Source of the DNA: Archaeoglobus fulgidus DSM 4304
Lineage (GTDB): Archaea; Halobacteriota; Archaeoglobi; Archaeoglobales; Archaeoglobaceae
Assembly: GCF_000008665.1 (NCBI RefSeq)
Contig: NC_000917.1
Location: 1,050,001 to 1,082,000, forward strand
Direction of reading: 5' to 3'
DNA length: 32,000 bases
Part shown: positions 1 through 8,601 of the stretch, piece after piece
Layout of the letters: every line of letters starts with the position of its first letter
Position numbering within the stretch: position 1 is the stretch's first letter
Translations under genes and position numbers: made by a program
The notes under the pieces: model-generated
Told to the model about the DNA's origin: nothing
Seen by the model: the letters and a program-made list of their open reading frames with translations, nothing else
The model's database searches: none

Positions 1-116
1 GAGAGAGTACTGAGGGGGAATATGCTCAAAAGAGGCAGAGGCGGCAATGGTTAGGTTCTGATGGGGACATACATGCAGTACAACATGGGCCTGAGGCCCG
101 AGAAAGTTATGAGGGA

Positions 117-1227
117 GTGGAGGCTGTGATAGCGGTTATCGGCGCGGGAACGATGGGGGCGGCGATTGCCTTGCTTTTCGCCAACGCAGGCTTTGAGGTT
201 ACGCTTGTGGACAAAAGCAGGGGAGCTCTCAGAAGGGCTGAGGATAGGCACAGAGGGGAAAGCTTGGAAGAGCTTGAGGAGGCAGGGTTGAGGAAGCAGG
301 ATAATCCAGCATCTTTGATAACCTACACGACCGAGCTGAGGGTTTATGAGTGCGATTTTATTGTTGAGGCAATAGTGGAAAGGCTTCGGGATAAAATTGA
401 GCTCTTCAGAAAAATTGAGGAGATAAACAGCCCGGCAGTTCTCGCAACAAACACCTCAAGCTTCATGCCGTCCGAGATTGCAAGACATCTCGCAAATCCA
501 GAAAGGCTGACGCTATTCCATTTTTCCAACCCTCCCATCCTTATGCCCCTCGTCGAGGTTGGTGGGGAGATTGTTTCTGACGAAACGGTTGAGAGGGCCG
601 TTGAGATGGCAAAGTCCATAGGCAAGGAGCCCGTGGTTTTAAGGAAGGAGTGCAGGGGGCATGTTTTGAACAGAATGCTCGCTGCTGCTGGTGTGGCGGT
701 TGGGTACTGTCTGCTTTACAGCAGGCCGGAGGAGATTGACGCTGCACTGAGAAACCTCGGCATGAGGTACGGCTTTTTCGAAACTATCGACCTCATAGGC
801 CTTGATGTTGCAAAGGACGTCCTTGAGAGCTTCAGGGAGTACTATGGGGATAAGTACAGGGGAATCAGAGCAATGGACTTCTTCATGGAGAAGATGGTCG
901 AGTGGGGTAAGCTTGGAAAGAAGAGCGGTGAGGGGTTCTATAAGTGGGATGGGAGAAGGGCGAGCATCCCGGAAAGCCAATCCTGCGGATGTAACACCAC
1001 TCGTTGCCGCAATTGTCAACGAGGCGTTCAGAATCGTGGAGGACGGGATTGCTGAAGAGGAGATTGTAAACAGAGTTTACAGGCTGGCAACGAACGCGCC
1101 CTACGGTATAATTGATGCAGCCGAGCTACTTGGATACCAGTGCTTGATTGAGGCTCTGGACGATGCCTTCAATAAGACAGGCCTCGAGGTTTTCAGACCG
1201 TGCAAGACGCTAAGGAGTAAGGCTTAA
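117..1227 (+). pseudogene. 3-hydroxyacyl-CoA dehydrogenase split by a +1 frameshift (or sequencing error) near 957-972
   Basis: N-terminal Rossmann motif AVIGAGTMGAAIALLFANAG, NTSSF and HFSNPP in ORF 117..1055; the second C-terminal domain (NPADVTPLVAAIVNEAFRIVEDGIAEEEIVNRVYRLATNAPYG) continues in the frame of ORF 802..1227. GTG start at 117. Confidence 0.85.
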
Positions 1228-1250
1228 TTTTTTTGAACCAATTTTACCGC

Positions 1251-1571
1251 ATGGAGGAGCTTTTAGACATTCTGAGGGAGTTCAGGGATTCGAGGGGATG
1301 GCTTAAATACCACACTCCCAAGAATCTCGCCGTTTCAATCTCGATTGAGGTTGCTGAGCTTCTTGAGATTTTCCAGTGGACTCGCAGCAGCGATGAGGAG
1401 TTTGAGGTTCTGGAAAGGAGAAAGGGCGAAGTTGAGGAGGAAATTGCAGACGTGCTGATTTACCTCCTCTTTCTCTGTGACGTTGCCGAAATAAACCCGA
1501 TAGAGGCGGTGAAGAGAAAGATGGAGAAGAACGAGAGGAAGTATCCGAAGAACAGAGTTCACGAGTTCTGA
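1251..1571 (+). CDS. MazG-like nucleotide pyrophosphohydrolase
   Basis: ORF 1233..1571 with internal ATG at 1251; EVAELLEIFQW ... EEEIADVLIYLLFLCD matches the MazG-like EExxE...ExxD pattern. Confidence 0.85.
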   Translation: MEELLDILREFRDSRGWLKYHTPKNLAVSISIEVAELLEIFQWTRSSDEEFEVLERRKGEVEEEIADVLIYLLFLCDVAEINPIEAVKRKMEKNERKYPKNRVHEF

Positions 1572-1633
1572 TGCTTTTCCCGTAAAATCAAAAATTCGAC
1601 AACAGTTATTAACCAGCCCGCCAACTGAATCCC

Positions 1634-2581
1634 ATGCTCCCGGACGTTCAGCTTTTGAAGCCCGAAGTTCCCATAGGACTCAGCAGAGTTGGTGCTACGG
1701 GCATAAAGAAGCTTGTGGAGGTTCAGAGGGAGGGAAAAAGGCCCATCATCCTTATCTCCACCTTCGACGTTTTCGTTGACCTTCCCGCTCATCTCAAAGG
1801 CGTCAATCTTAGCAGGAACTTTGAGGTTATAGACGAGGTTCTCGAAACCCTCACCGCAAAACCGATAGAGAACATCGAGGACTTGGTTGTGGAGATAGCC
1901 GACCACCTTCTCAAAAGGCACGAGTACGCAACGAAGGCGGAGGCGAGGATGAACTCAGAGCTCATAATGAGAAAGAGAACTCCCAAAACTGGGCAGAGAA
2001 CTCAAGAGGTCGTGAAGATTTTCGGTGAGGCCACGCTGGGCAGGGATGGGAGCAAGGTCATAATGGTCGGTGTGGAGGTTACGGGAATCACAGCCTGCCC
2101 CTGCGCTCAGGAACTCGTGAAGGCAAGCTCCGCAGAGAGATTGGCAAAAATGGGGTTTGACGAGGAAACAATTCAGAAAATACTCGACGCCATACCTGTA
2201 GCCACCCACAACCAGCGCGGCAGGGCAACGCTGAAGGTTCAGGTCACGGACAGCTTTAAGGTTCCAATAGCCAAGCTGATTGATGTTGCAAAGTCCTCGA
2301 TGAGCTACGAAACCTACGAGATTCTGAAGAGGGAGGACGAGCTTGCCGTTGTTGAGGCGGCTCACAGAAACACAAGGTTCGTGGAGGATGGTGTGAGGTA
2401 CATGGCGATGGAGCTGCTGAAAACCTTTCCAAACGCTCCCGATGACATCCTCGTGTTTCTGAGACAGGAGAACGAGGAGAGCATTCATCAGCACAACGTC
2501 GTGGCGGAGAGGTTTGCCACCTTCGGGGAGTTGAGGAATGAAATTGGCTCTCCTGATGCTTCTGGCAGCAGCGCTGATTGA
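1634..2581 (+). CDS. mptA: GTP cyclohydrolase MptA (FolE2-type, GTP cyclohydrolase IV)
   Basis: 315 aa; [44 protein letters not shown] and [18 protein letters not shown] are typical of the MptA/FolE2 family. Confidence 0.92.
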
Positions 2582-3842
2582 GGTCTATCCAAACCCCTAC
2601 GGACTGGATGATGCCGAATACGTAAAGTTCCGCTGCAACTCCAGCTGTCTGCTTACGGACGGAGAGGGCTGGGTTGAAGCCGGGCCCGGAACGCATATCG
2701 CAGCTAAGAATCTCAGCTACTTCGAGGAGAGGTTTGGCTACAGGGCAGACGTTCAATTCTCCCCACAAATGGCCCTCTCCAACAGCGGAGAGGAGGTTTG
2801 CGTTGAGGACGCGGAGGGAAAGGACTGCTTTTACTACGGCAAGGACATTAAATTCCTCGATGATGGTGTAATCTACTACAGAACCGCCTCAGGCTGGGAT
2901 TTCCGCTACGAGGACTGGAGCAACTTTTCCTGCCTTACCGAGGTTGTTGAAGGTCAGCTTATCCTAACGCCGTCGGACTTCACCCTCGATGACGGGTGGG
3001 TTGTGGCTTCCTACACCTTCCACGCACCCTTCAGCCCTTCAAAGCTCTTCGTGGATGCGAGAACCGATAGACCTTGCAGGGAGTTCGAAACAGACACGGT
3101 TTTCCTCTCAGCCCCCTCATATCGAAACTTCCACTACAAGTTCGCCGTGAAGGGCGATAAGGTGGTAATCACAACCGAGAACTGGCAGTTCAGCAAGAGA
3201 GGCTTTGTAGTGCTGTTTGAAAATCACAACGTCTCGGAAATGCTCCAGAACCTTCTCAGGAACGATGAAAAGTACAGAACAAGCGTTTCAAAAACTTGCT
3301 CCAACTGGACTTACAGGAATGGTGCGGACGGTAGAACCTTGACCTTCAAAGCCCCAATCACGGTTTTTATCCTGCCCGACTGCAATCCTGTGCTAAAATT
3401 CATATCCTCCGCCAGAGAGAGGCTGCTAATAATAGCCCCCTACATCGACTTCAGGTGGTACAAGGATGACGGCCTTCTCGAGGCCATAAAGGGGGCAAAG
3501 GAGAGCGGAGCCGAGGTAAAGGTTGTTCTGAACGCAAAGTACGCTAAGGAGGAGGCTGTGAGCACTCTCAGAAAAGAAGGTGTGAAGGTTGAGCTTATCG
3601 ATAATCTCCATGGAAAGGCCATCGTTTCCGACAAAAGGCTGCTGATAACTTCCGCAAACATGAACATGCACGGCCTGAAGCTGAACAGGGAGATCGGGGT
3701 TATAATTAACAACCCCGAAATGGCGGATGCAGTTATAAAAGAGTTTGAAGGCGGTGAGGTAACACCCTTAGATTTGTTGTTAACCTTCGCAGCTTTTCTC
3801 GCCTCGGTTGCTATTTTCAGAAAAATGAAGGATAAGTTTTAA
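2538..3842 (+). CDS. Exported/membrane-anchored phospholipase D-like domain protein
   Basis: Hydrophobic N-terminus [22 protein letters not shown]; single HKD-like motif [20 protein letters not shown]; C-terminal hydrophobic segment [18 protein letters not shown]. Overlaps the mptA 3' end by 44 nt. Confidence 0.8.
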
Positions 3843-3877
3843 TTATCACCTATGAGAAAATAAAGTGAGGTGTCAGA

Positions 3878-4513
3878 ATGGGATTGATGCTCGCCCTAAG
3901 GAAGAGATTCGGATTCATTCTGAAGCTGTTCTTCAAGAAAGACAAGATGAGGATAGGTATTTACGGCCCTCCAAATGCTGGCAAAACCACGCTTGCAAAC
4001 AGGATTCTGAGGGACTGGACGGGAGATGTCATCGGCTCGCCGAGCGATGTACCGCACGAGACAAGAAGGGCCAAGCTCAGGGAGGGTGTTAAGATAGAGG
4101 TTGACGGAAAGACGCTAACCATCGACATTGTCGACACGCCCGGACTTGCGACGAAGATAGACTTTCAGGAGTTCCTGAAATACGGACTGGATGAGGAGGA
4201 GGCGAGGAGAAGAGCGAAAGAGGCTACTGAGGGTGTTATTGAGGCCATAAAGTGGCTCGACGACCTCGATGGCGTGCTTCTCGTGATGGACGCGACAGAG
4301 GACCCCTTCACTCAGGTGAATGTGACCATAGTGGGCAACATGGAGGCCAGAAACCTACCGCTGCTCATAGTGGCGAACAAAATAGATTTGCCAAACGCCT
4401 CACCGGCGAGGATAAAGTCGGCCTTCCCGCAGCACCCCGTCGTGCCGATTTCGGCTTTGAAGGGCATCAATATAGACTCGTTGTATAAAGCAATGGCCGA
4501 GAGGTTCGGGTGA
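3878..4513 (+). CDS. arvA: Era-like small GTPase, ArvA/OapA-type (archaeal vesiculation)
   Basis: G1 GPPNAGKTT, G3 DTPG, G4 NKID, G5 SAL; followed by DUF2073 and Zn-ribbon genes, the conserved euryarchaeal context. SD-like GAGGTG upstream. Confidence 0.85.
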   Translation: MGLMLALRKRFGFILKLFFKKDKMRIGIYGPPNAGKTTLANRILRDWTGDVIGSPSDVPHETRRAKLREGVKIEVDGKTLTIDIVDTPGLATKIDFQEFLKYGLDEEEARRRAKEATEGVIEAIKWLDDLDGVLLVMDATEDPFTQVNVTIVGNMEARNLPLLIVANKIDLPNASPARIKSAFPQHPVVPISALKGINIDSLYKAMAERFG

Positions 4514-4866
4514 TGGGAATGGAAGGAGTTCAGATGCACTTGATATCGAAAGAAATGCTTGAAAAGATGCCCTCAATGGAGAAGCTGAGGATGATTCTGG
4601 ACAATGTCAAGGAGGGAAAAATTGTTGTTCTCGAAACGGGCCTGACTCCAGAGGAGGAGGCCAAGCTGATAGAGATGACGATGCTTGAAATAGACCACGA
4701 GAACTTCATAGGCATTGAGGTTGAGTCGTATCCGGTAAGGGAGAGAGGCGTATTTTCGAAGCTATTTGGCAAGCCGAAAGGGAGGCTGACGGTTATAGGT
4801 CCTGCGAACAGGCTGAAAACACTCGAAAAGCAGGCTGACGTGATTAAGGCCCTCGTTCAGGTTTAG
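4510..4866 (+). CDS. arvB: DUF2073 / OapB-ArvB family protein
   Basis: 118 aa; LRMILDNVKEGKIVVLETGLTPEEEAKLIEMTMLEID; start overlaps the GTPase stop by 4 nt. Confidence 0.8.
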   Translation: MMGMEGVQMHLISKEMLEKMPSMEKLRMILDNVKEGKIVVLETGLTPEEEAKLIEMTMLEIDHENFIGIEVESYPVRERGVFSKLFGKPKGRLTVIGPANRLKTLEKQADVIKALVQV

Positions 4867-4879
4867 AGGTTAGATTCCC

Positions 4880-5203
4880 ATGGCACACAGATGCACCAAG
4901 TGCGGAAAGCTGTACCCAACTGGAGATATGAGGTTACTCCAGGGCTGCGAGTGCGGAAACAACAAGTTCCTCTACGTTCCCGACGAGAAAAGGCCAGCAG
5001 AACCGGAGAAGGTTGAAGAGGAGATCAGGAAGGAGTTTACTGAGATGGGAATTGAGACCGTCAGAATTCTCTCTCCCGGAAGGTACGAGATCAACATAGA
5101 AAGGCTTCTGCAGGGTGAGGGAATCGTTATCGCTCTTCAGGAGGACGGAAGGTACGTTATCCACCTCCCCTCTTTATTGAAGAGAAAGAGGGTCGAGAAG
5201 TAG
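4880..5203 (+). CDS. arvC: OapC/ArvC family zinc-ribbon protein
   Basis: 107 aa; CTKCGKLYPTGDMRLLQGCECGNNKFLYV Zn-ribbon; third gene of the same operon. Confidence 0.8.
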   Translation: MAHRCTKCGKLYPTGDMRLLQGCECGNNKFLYVPDEKRPAEPEKVEEEIRKEFTEMGIETVRILSPGRYEINIERLLQGEGIVIALQEDGRYVIHLPSLLKRKRVEK

Positions 5204-5240
5204 TTAATTTTAAATAATCATTTGTATTAGGAGATGGGAA

Positions 5241-6611
5241 ATGGAATTCGACGCCAGCTTCTGGAGGAAAGTCGTGGACAAGTCATTGGCGGCCATTTAC
5301 ATTACAGATGAGAACGGCAAGGTTCTTTACGTCAATGATGTGGTGGAGAGGGCAACAAAGTACTCCAAGGAGGAGATTTACGCAATGGAGAGCATCTTTG
5401 AGCTCGCACATCCTGAAGACCGCCGATATCTTAAGAGGGAGTTTGAGGAGCTTGGAGAGGAGGGAAGATTTTACGAGTCTCGCTACATAACCAAGGACGG
5501 GAGGGTTAGGCACGTTTGGGGGTTTACCGCAAAGTTCACGTTTTTGGGGAAGAGTTACATCATAGGGAACTGGATTGACGTAACGAAGTCAAAAGAGCTT
5601 GAGCAGGCTTTAAGAGAGAGCGAGGAGTTCTACAGAACACTCGTTGAGGATTCTCTGACACCCGTTTACCTCTTGCAGGATGGGATAATGGTCTACGTCA
5701 ACAAGGCCTTCGAAGAGGCAACGGGCTACAAGAGAGAGGAAATCGTTGGTAGAAACCCCTTCTTCCTGATCCATCCCGAAGATAGGGGGCTGGTTTACAA
5801 GAGGTACATTGAAAGGGAAAAGGGTCTGCGAGACACAATGGAAACCTACAGCTGGAGGATAATAAGGAAGGACGGGGAAGTCAGGTGGGTAACCGCAAGG
5901 CCGGGAAGGGTTACGTACAGAGGTAGGCCAGCGGTTGCCGCCACCGTCGTTGACACGACAGAGATACACAAGCTCAACATAGAGCTCAAAAAGAAAGGAG
6001 AGTATCTTGCCTTCGTTAACAAGGTCATGAGGCACGATATTGCCAACGCAATCACAGCAATAAGGGCGGTGCTGGAGATAGTCAGGGACTCTCCAGAAGA
6101 GGCAGAAAAACTGATTCCCCTTGCAATCAGAAGGTCTGATTACGTGTTCAGGCTTATCAATGACGCGAGAGAGCTTGAAAAAGCTCTTGAAGAGCTCAAA
6201 CCTGTCAATGTTGCTGAGATGGTTAGAGAGGTGGCTGAGCAGTTCAGGAACGTTGAGGTGAGTGTTGAGGCAGAAAACGTGGTAGTGAGCGCCAATGAGG
6301 GGCTAAGGGCAGTTTTGAACAACATCCTGCAGAACGCAATGGTTCACGGGGGAGGGAAGGCCAGGGTCGAAGTTTTGGCGAACGAAAGGAATGGAATAGT
6401 GAGAGTTATTGACTACGGGAAAGGTGTTCCTGATGAGATCAAAGAGAAAATTTTCGAGGAGGGCTTCACCACCGGAGAGGGAATGGGGCTCGGCCTTTAC
6501 ATCACAAAAAGGATTCTCGAAATTTTTGGTGGAGAAATAAAGGTTAGAGACAACGAGCCAAGCGGAGCAATTTTTGAAATAAAAATACCGAAAATTAAAG
6601 AGGAAGGCTGA
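5241..6611 (+). CDS. Soluble PAS-PAS sensor histidine kinase
   Basis: Two PAS repeats (DENGKVLYVNDVVERATKYSKEEI; QDGIMVYVNKAFEEATGYKREEIVG), phospho-acceptor MRHDIANAI, HATPase N and G boxes (LNNILQNAMVHG; DYGKGVP; GEGMGLGLYI). Confidence 0.93.
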   Translation: MEFDASFWRKVVDKSLAAIYITDENGKVLYVNDVVERATKYSKEEIYAMESIFELAHPEDRRYLKREFEELGEEGRFYESRYITKDGRVRHVWGFTAKFTFLGKSYIIGNWIDVTKSKELEQALRESEEFYRTLVEDSLTPVYLLQDGIMVYVNKAFEEATGYKREEIVGRNPFFLIHPEDRGLVYKRYIEREKGLRDTMETYSWRIIRKDGEVRWVTARPGRVTYRGRPAVAATVVDTTEIHKLNIELKKKGEYLAFVNKVMRHDIANAITAIRAVLEIVRDSPEEAEKLIPLAIRRSDYVFRLINDARELEKALEELKPVNVAEMVREVAEQFRNVEVSVEAENVVVSANEGLRAVLNNILQNAMVHGGGKARVEVLANERNGIVRVIDYGKGVPDEIKEKIFEEGFTTGEGMGLGLYITKRILEIFGGEIKVRDNEPSGAIFEIKIPKIKEEG

Positions 6612-6990
6612 GAGCCCTCGTCGGGCAGACCTTCACGCACGAGCCGCAGTGAACGCACTTCTCCGTGTTTATCGCTACTCTCTTGTCTCCGTTTATGTAT
6701 ATCGCCTCCGTCGGGCAGATGCTTACGCAGGCACCGCAGTGAACGCACTTCTCATCGTCCTTCTGAACTGCTTCGAGCAGCTCGATAACCTCTACCCCCT
6801 GCTCCTTAAGAAAGCTCTCCACCTCCTTTGCCTTTTCATCGTCAACCTCTATCAGAATCTCCCCTCTCCTCGCACCCACGGAAGCTCTGAGTATATTGAT
6901 TAGGGTTCCCGTTTTCAGGGTGGCTTTGGACAGCACAGGCTCCGTAACGGTTTTTGAGTCGAACCTCAGCAGCAGCTTCACGATTATCAC
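6595..6990 (-). CDS. NIL domain + 2x[4Fe-4S] ferredoxin protein (MA1822-like, homocysteine biosynthesis partner)
   Basis: NIL-like N-terminus followed by CVHCGACVSICPTEAIY and CVHCGSCVKVCPTRAL; overlaps the upstream COG1900 gene by 4 nt. Confidence 0.87.
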   Translation of the reverse strand: MIIVKLLLRFDSKTVTEPVLSKATLKTGTLINILRASVGARRGEILIEVDDEKAKEVESFLKEQGVEVIELLEAVQKDDEKCVHCGACVSICPTEAIYINGDKRVAINTEKCVHCGSCVKVCPTRALSLPL

Positions 6991-8462
6991 CTCGCAATGA
7001 GCTTGCTCAAATCCTCGCTGGTCACTATTCCGAGCACCCTCTTTCTTGAATCGACAACAGGCAAAGCTGAAATGTTGTTTTGCTCCATTTTCCTCGCCGC
7101 AACCTCTACAGGCTCGTCAGGGTGGGTGTAGATGACGTTTCTCGTCATTATGCTCTTAACTGCACCCTTCCTGTTTCTGGCCACAGCTTTGGCGATGTCC
7201 CACGAAGTGATTATACCCACAAGCCTTCCCTCCTCAACCACCGGAATGTGGTTAATGCCCTTGTCCATCATTATTCTCGCCGCCTCCTCTATCGCCGTCT
7301 CCGGAGAGATCGTGTACGCCTCGACCATCACGCTCTTGACGACCTTAACCTCTCTCTGCCTCATCGGCTTGAATACCTCCTTGGTTGGAATTCTGTCAAC
7401 CGGAGCGGTTAGGAGAAATTCTCCCCTCTCGATCTGACGCTTGAGCTCCTTCATTATCTTCTCGGCCATGTAGAAGCTTGAGAGCGGAGAAACCCTCACC
7501 TCTTCGCCGTTAATCTCAACCCTACCGCTTATCAGCTCCTCGTAGGTCACCTTCCTAACAACAGGTCTGTCTCTCCTCGCAACACCGAAGTCGAGGATTT
7601 TGGTCTCTATCTCGCTATTTCTGACAGCCGTAAACTTGGCCATCTCTGCGTCGAGTATCGGGATTGGGATGCCTATGCCGACGAAAAGAGTAGCTCCGTA
7701 GCCGGGGAAGTACGCAGCCTTCATGTATTCAGGCTTCATCTCCTTGAGATTGCCCTTCACCATGAGGGTTCCGTAGGGCGGGGCGTGCTGAGTTCCCTCC
7801 CCGATAACGTAGCCTTTAGCCCCGCAGAGGAATATCCTCGTTCCTATGCCAATTGTGCGGTACTCAGGGTCGTTGTTCAGCGGGCTTATCTCACCGGTGC
7901 CAGCAAAGGTCACGTTGCCGAAGTTCGGCAGCAGGGTACCCATGTAAGTCCTGAGAAGCTTGTTGGAGCTGTTCGTTGCGGCATTGTAGCGCTGGTAAGC
8001 GTTTCTTGGATTTACCATGACCGCCTGATTAACGTCCTCAAGCGATACTTCAGTAACAATTTCCTTTCGCGGATAGCAGTCAGTGCCGTAGGCCGTTGCC
8101 TTCAGCTCAACCTCCCTGCCCTTAACAAGCTCCTCAATCACATGGCTCCCGCCGTACTCCTCAACGCTTTCTGAAAGCTGCGTTACTCCAAGATAAGCAT
8201 CAACAGCTGCAATGCCTGTGTAAGCCTCAACGTCGTTCATCCACACCCTTTGCATCTTTATCGGCGGGTCGGCATGACCAAAGTTGAAGAAGGCGCCGCT
8301 TGAGCACATCGCCCCGAAGGTTCCAGTTGTGACAACATCAACCTCCTTTGCGGCCTTCTCAGGTCCAAGCTCCTCTACAATATCCTTCATTTCGGCAGCG
8401 GTGACAACCACAACGTTCCCTTCCCTGATTTTCTGGTTGATCTCCTCAACGGTTTTGGCCAT
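6987..8462 (-). CDS. COG1900/DUF39 domain + two CBS domains; L-aspartate semialdehyde sulfurtransferase-like (MA1821-like)
   Basis: N-terminal KTVEEINQKIREGNVVVVTAAEM ... GTDCYPRKE; C-terminal tandem CBS repeats (MDKGINHIPVVEEGRLVGIITSWDI; EQNNISALPVVDSRKRVLGIVTSED). Confidence 0.88.
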   Translation of the reverse strand: MAKTVEEINQKIREGNVVVVTAAEMKDIVEELGPEKAAKEVDVVTTGTFGAMCSSGAFFNFGHADPPIKMQRVWMNDVEAYTGIAAVDAYLGVTQLSESVEEYGGSHVIEELVKGREVELKATAYGTDCYPRKEIVTEVSLEDVNQAVMVNPRNAYQRYNAATNSSNKLLRTYMGTLLPNFGNVTFAGTGEISPLNNDPEYRTIGIGTRIFLCGAKGYVIGEGTQHAPPYGTLMVKGNLKEMKPEYMKAAYFPGYGATLFVGIGIPIPILDAEMAKFTAVRNSEIETKILDFGVARRDRPVVRKVTYEELISGRVEINGEEVRVSPLSSFYMAEKIMKELKRQIERGEFLLTAPVDRIPTKEVFKPMRQREVKVVKSVMVEAYTISPETAIEEAARIMMDKGINHIPVVEEGRLVGIITSWDIAKAVARNRKGAVKSIMTRNVIYTHPDEPVEVAARKMEQNNISALPVVDSRKRVLGIVTSEDLSKLIAR

Positions 8463-8483
8463 GTAATGTGAAGTGGGCTGAGG

Positions 8484-8492
8484 TATATAAAC
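8484..8492 (-). promoter_or_regulatory. Putative TATA box for the 8462 gene (possible leaderless transcript)
   Basis: + strand TATATAAAC (minus GTTTATATA), centred about 26 nt upstream of the ATG at 8462. Confidence 0.5.
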
Positions 8493-8601
8493 TTTTGTAA
8501 TGTTTGAGCTGCTTTAAATTACTGTTGGTAATCAAATTCTTAAGGATTGAGATAAGATTGAGCAAAGAAGTGTGATATAATAAAAATAATATTGCCAAGA
8601 A

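Noticed and set aside
1-129. Possible tail of an upstream gene (MGTYMQYNMGLRPEKVMREWRL* in frame 1, or the KRGRGGNG* end)
   Set aside because: Too short and ambiguous at the window edge to assign a product.
1955-2494. 179-aa minus-strand ORF (and 2256..2768 -)
   Set aside because: Antisense to the well-supported mptA; no recognisable domain.
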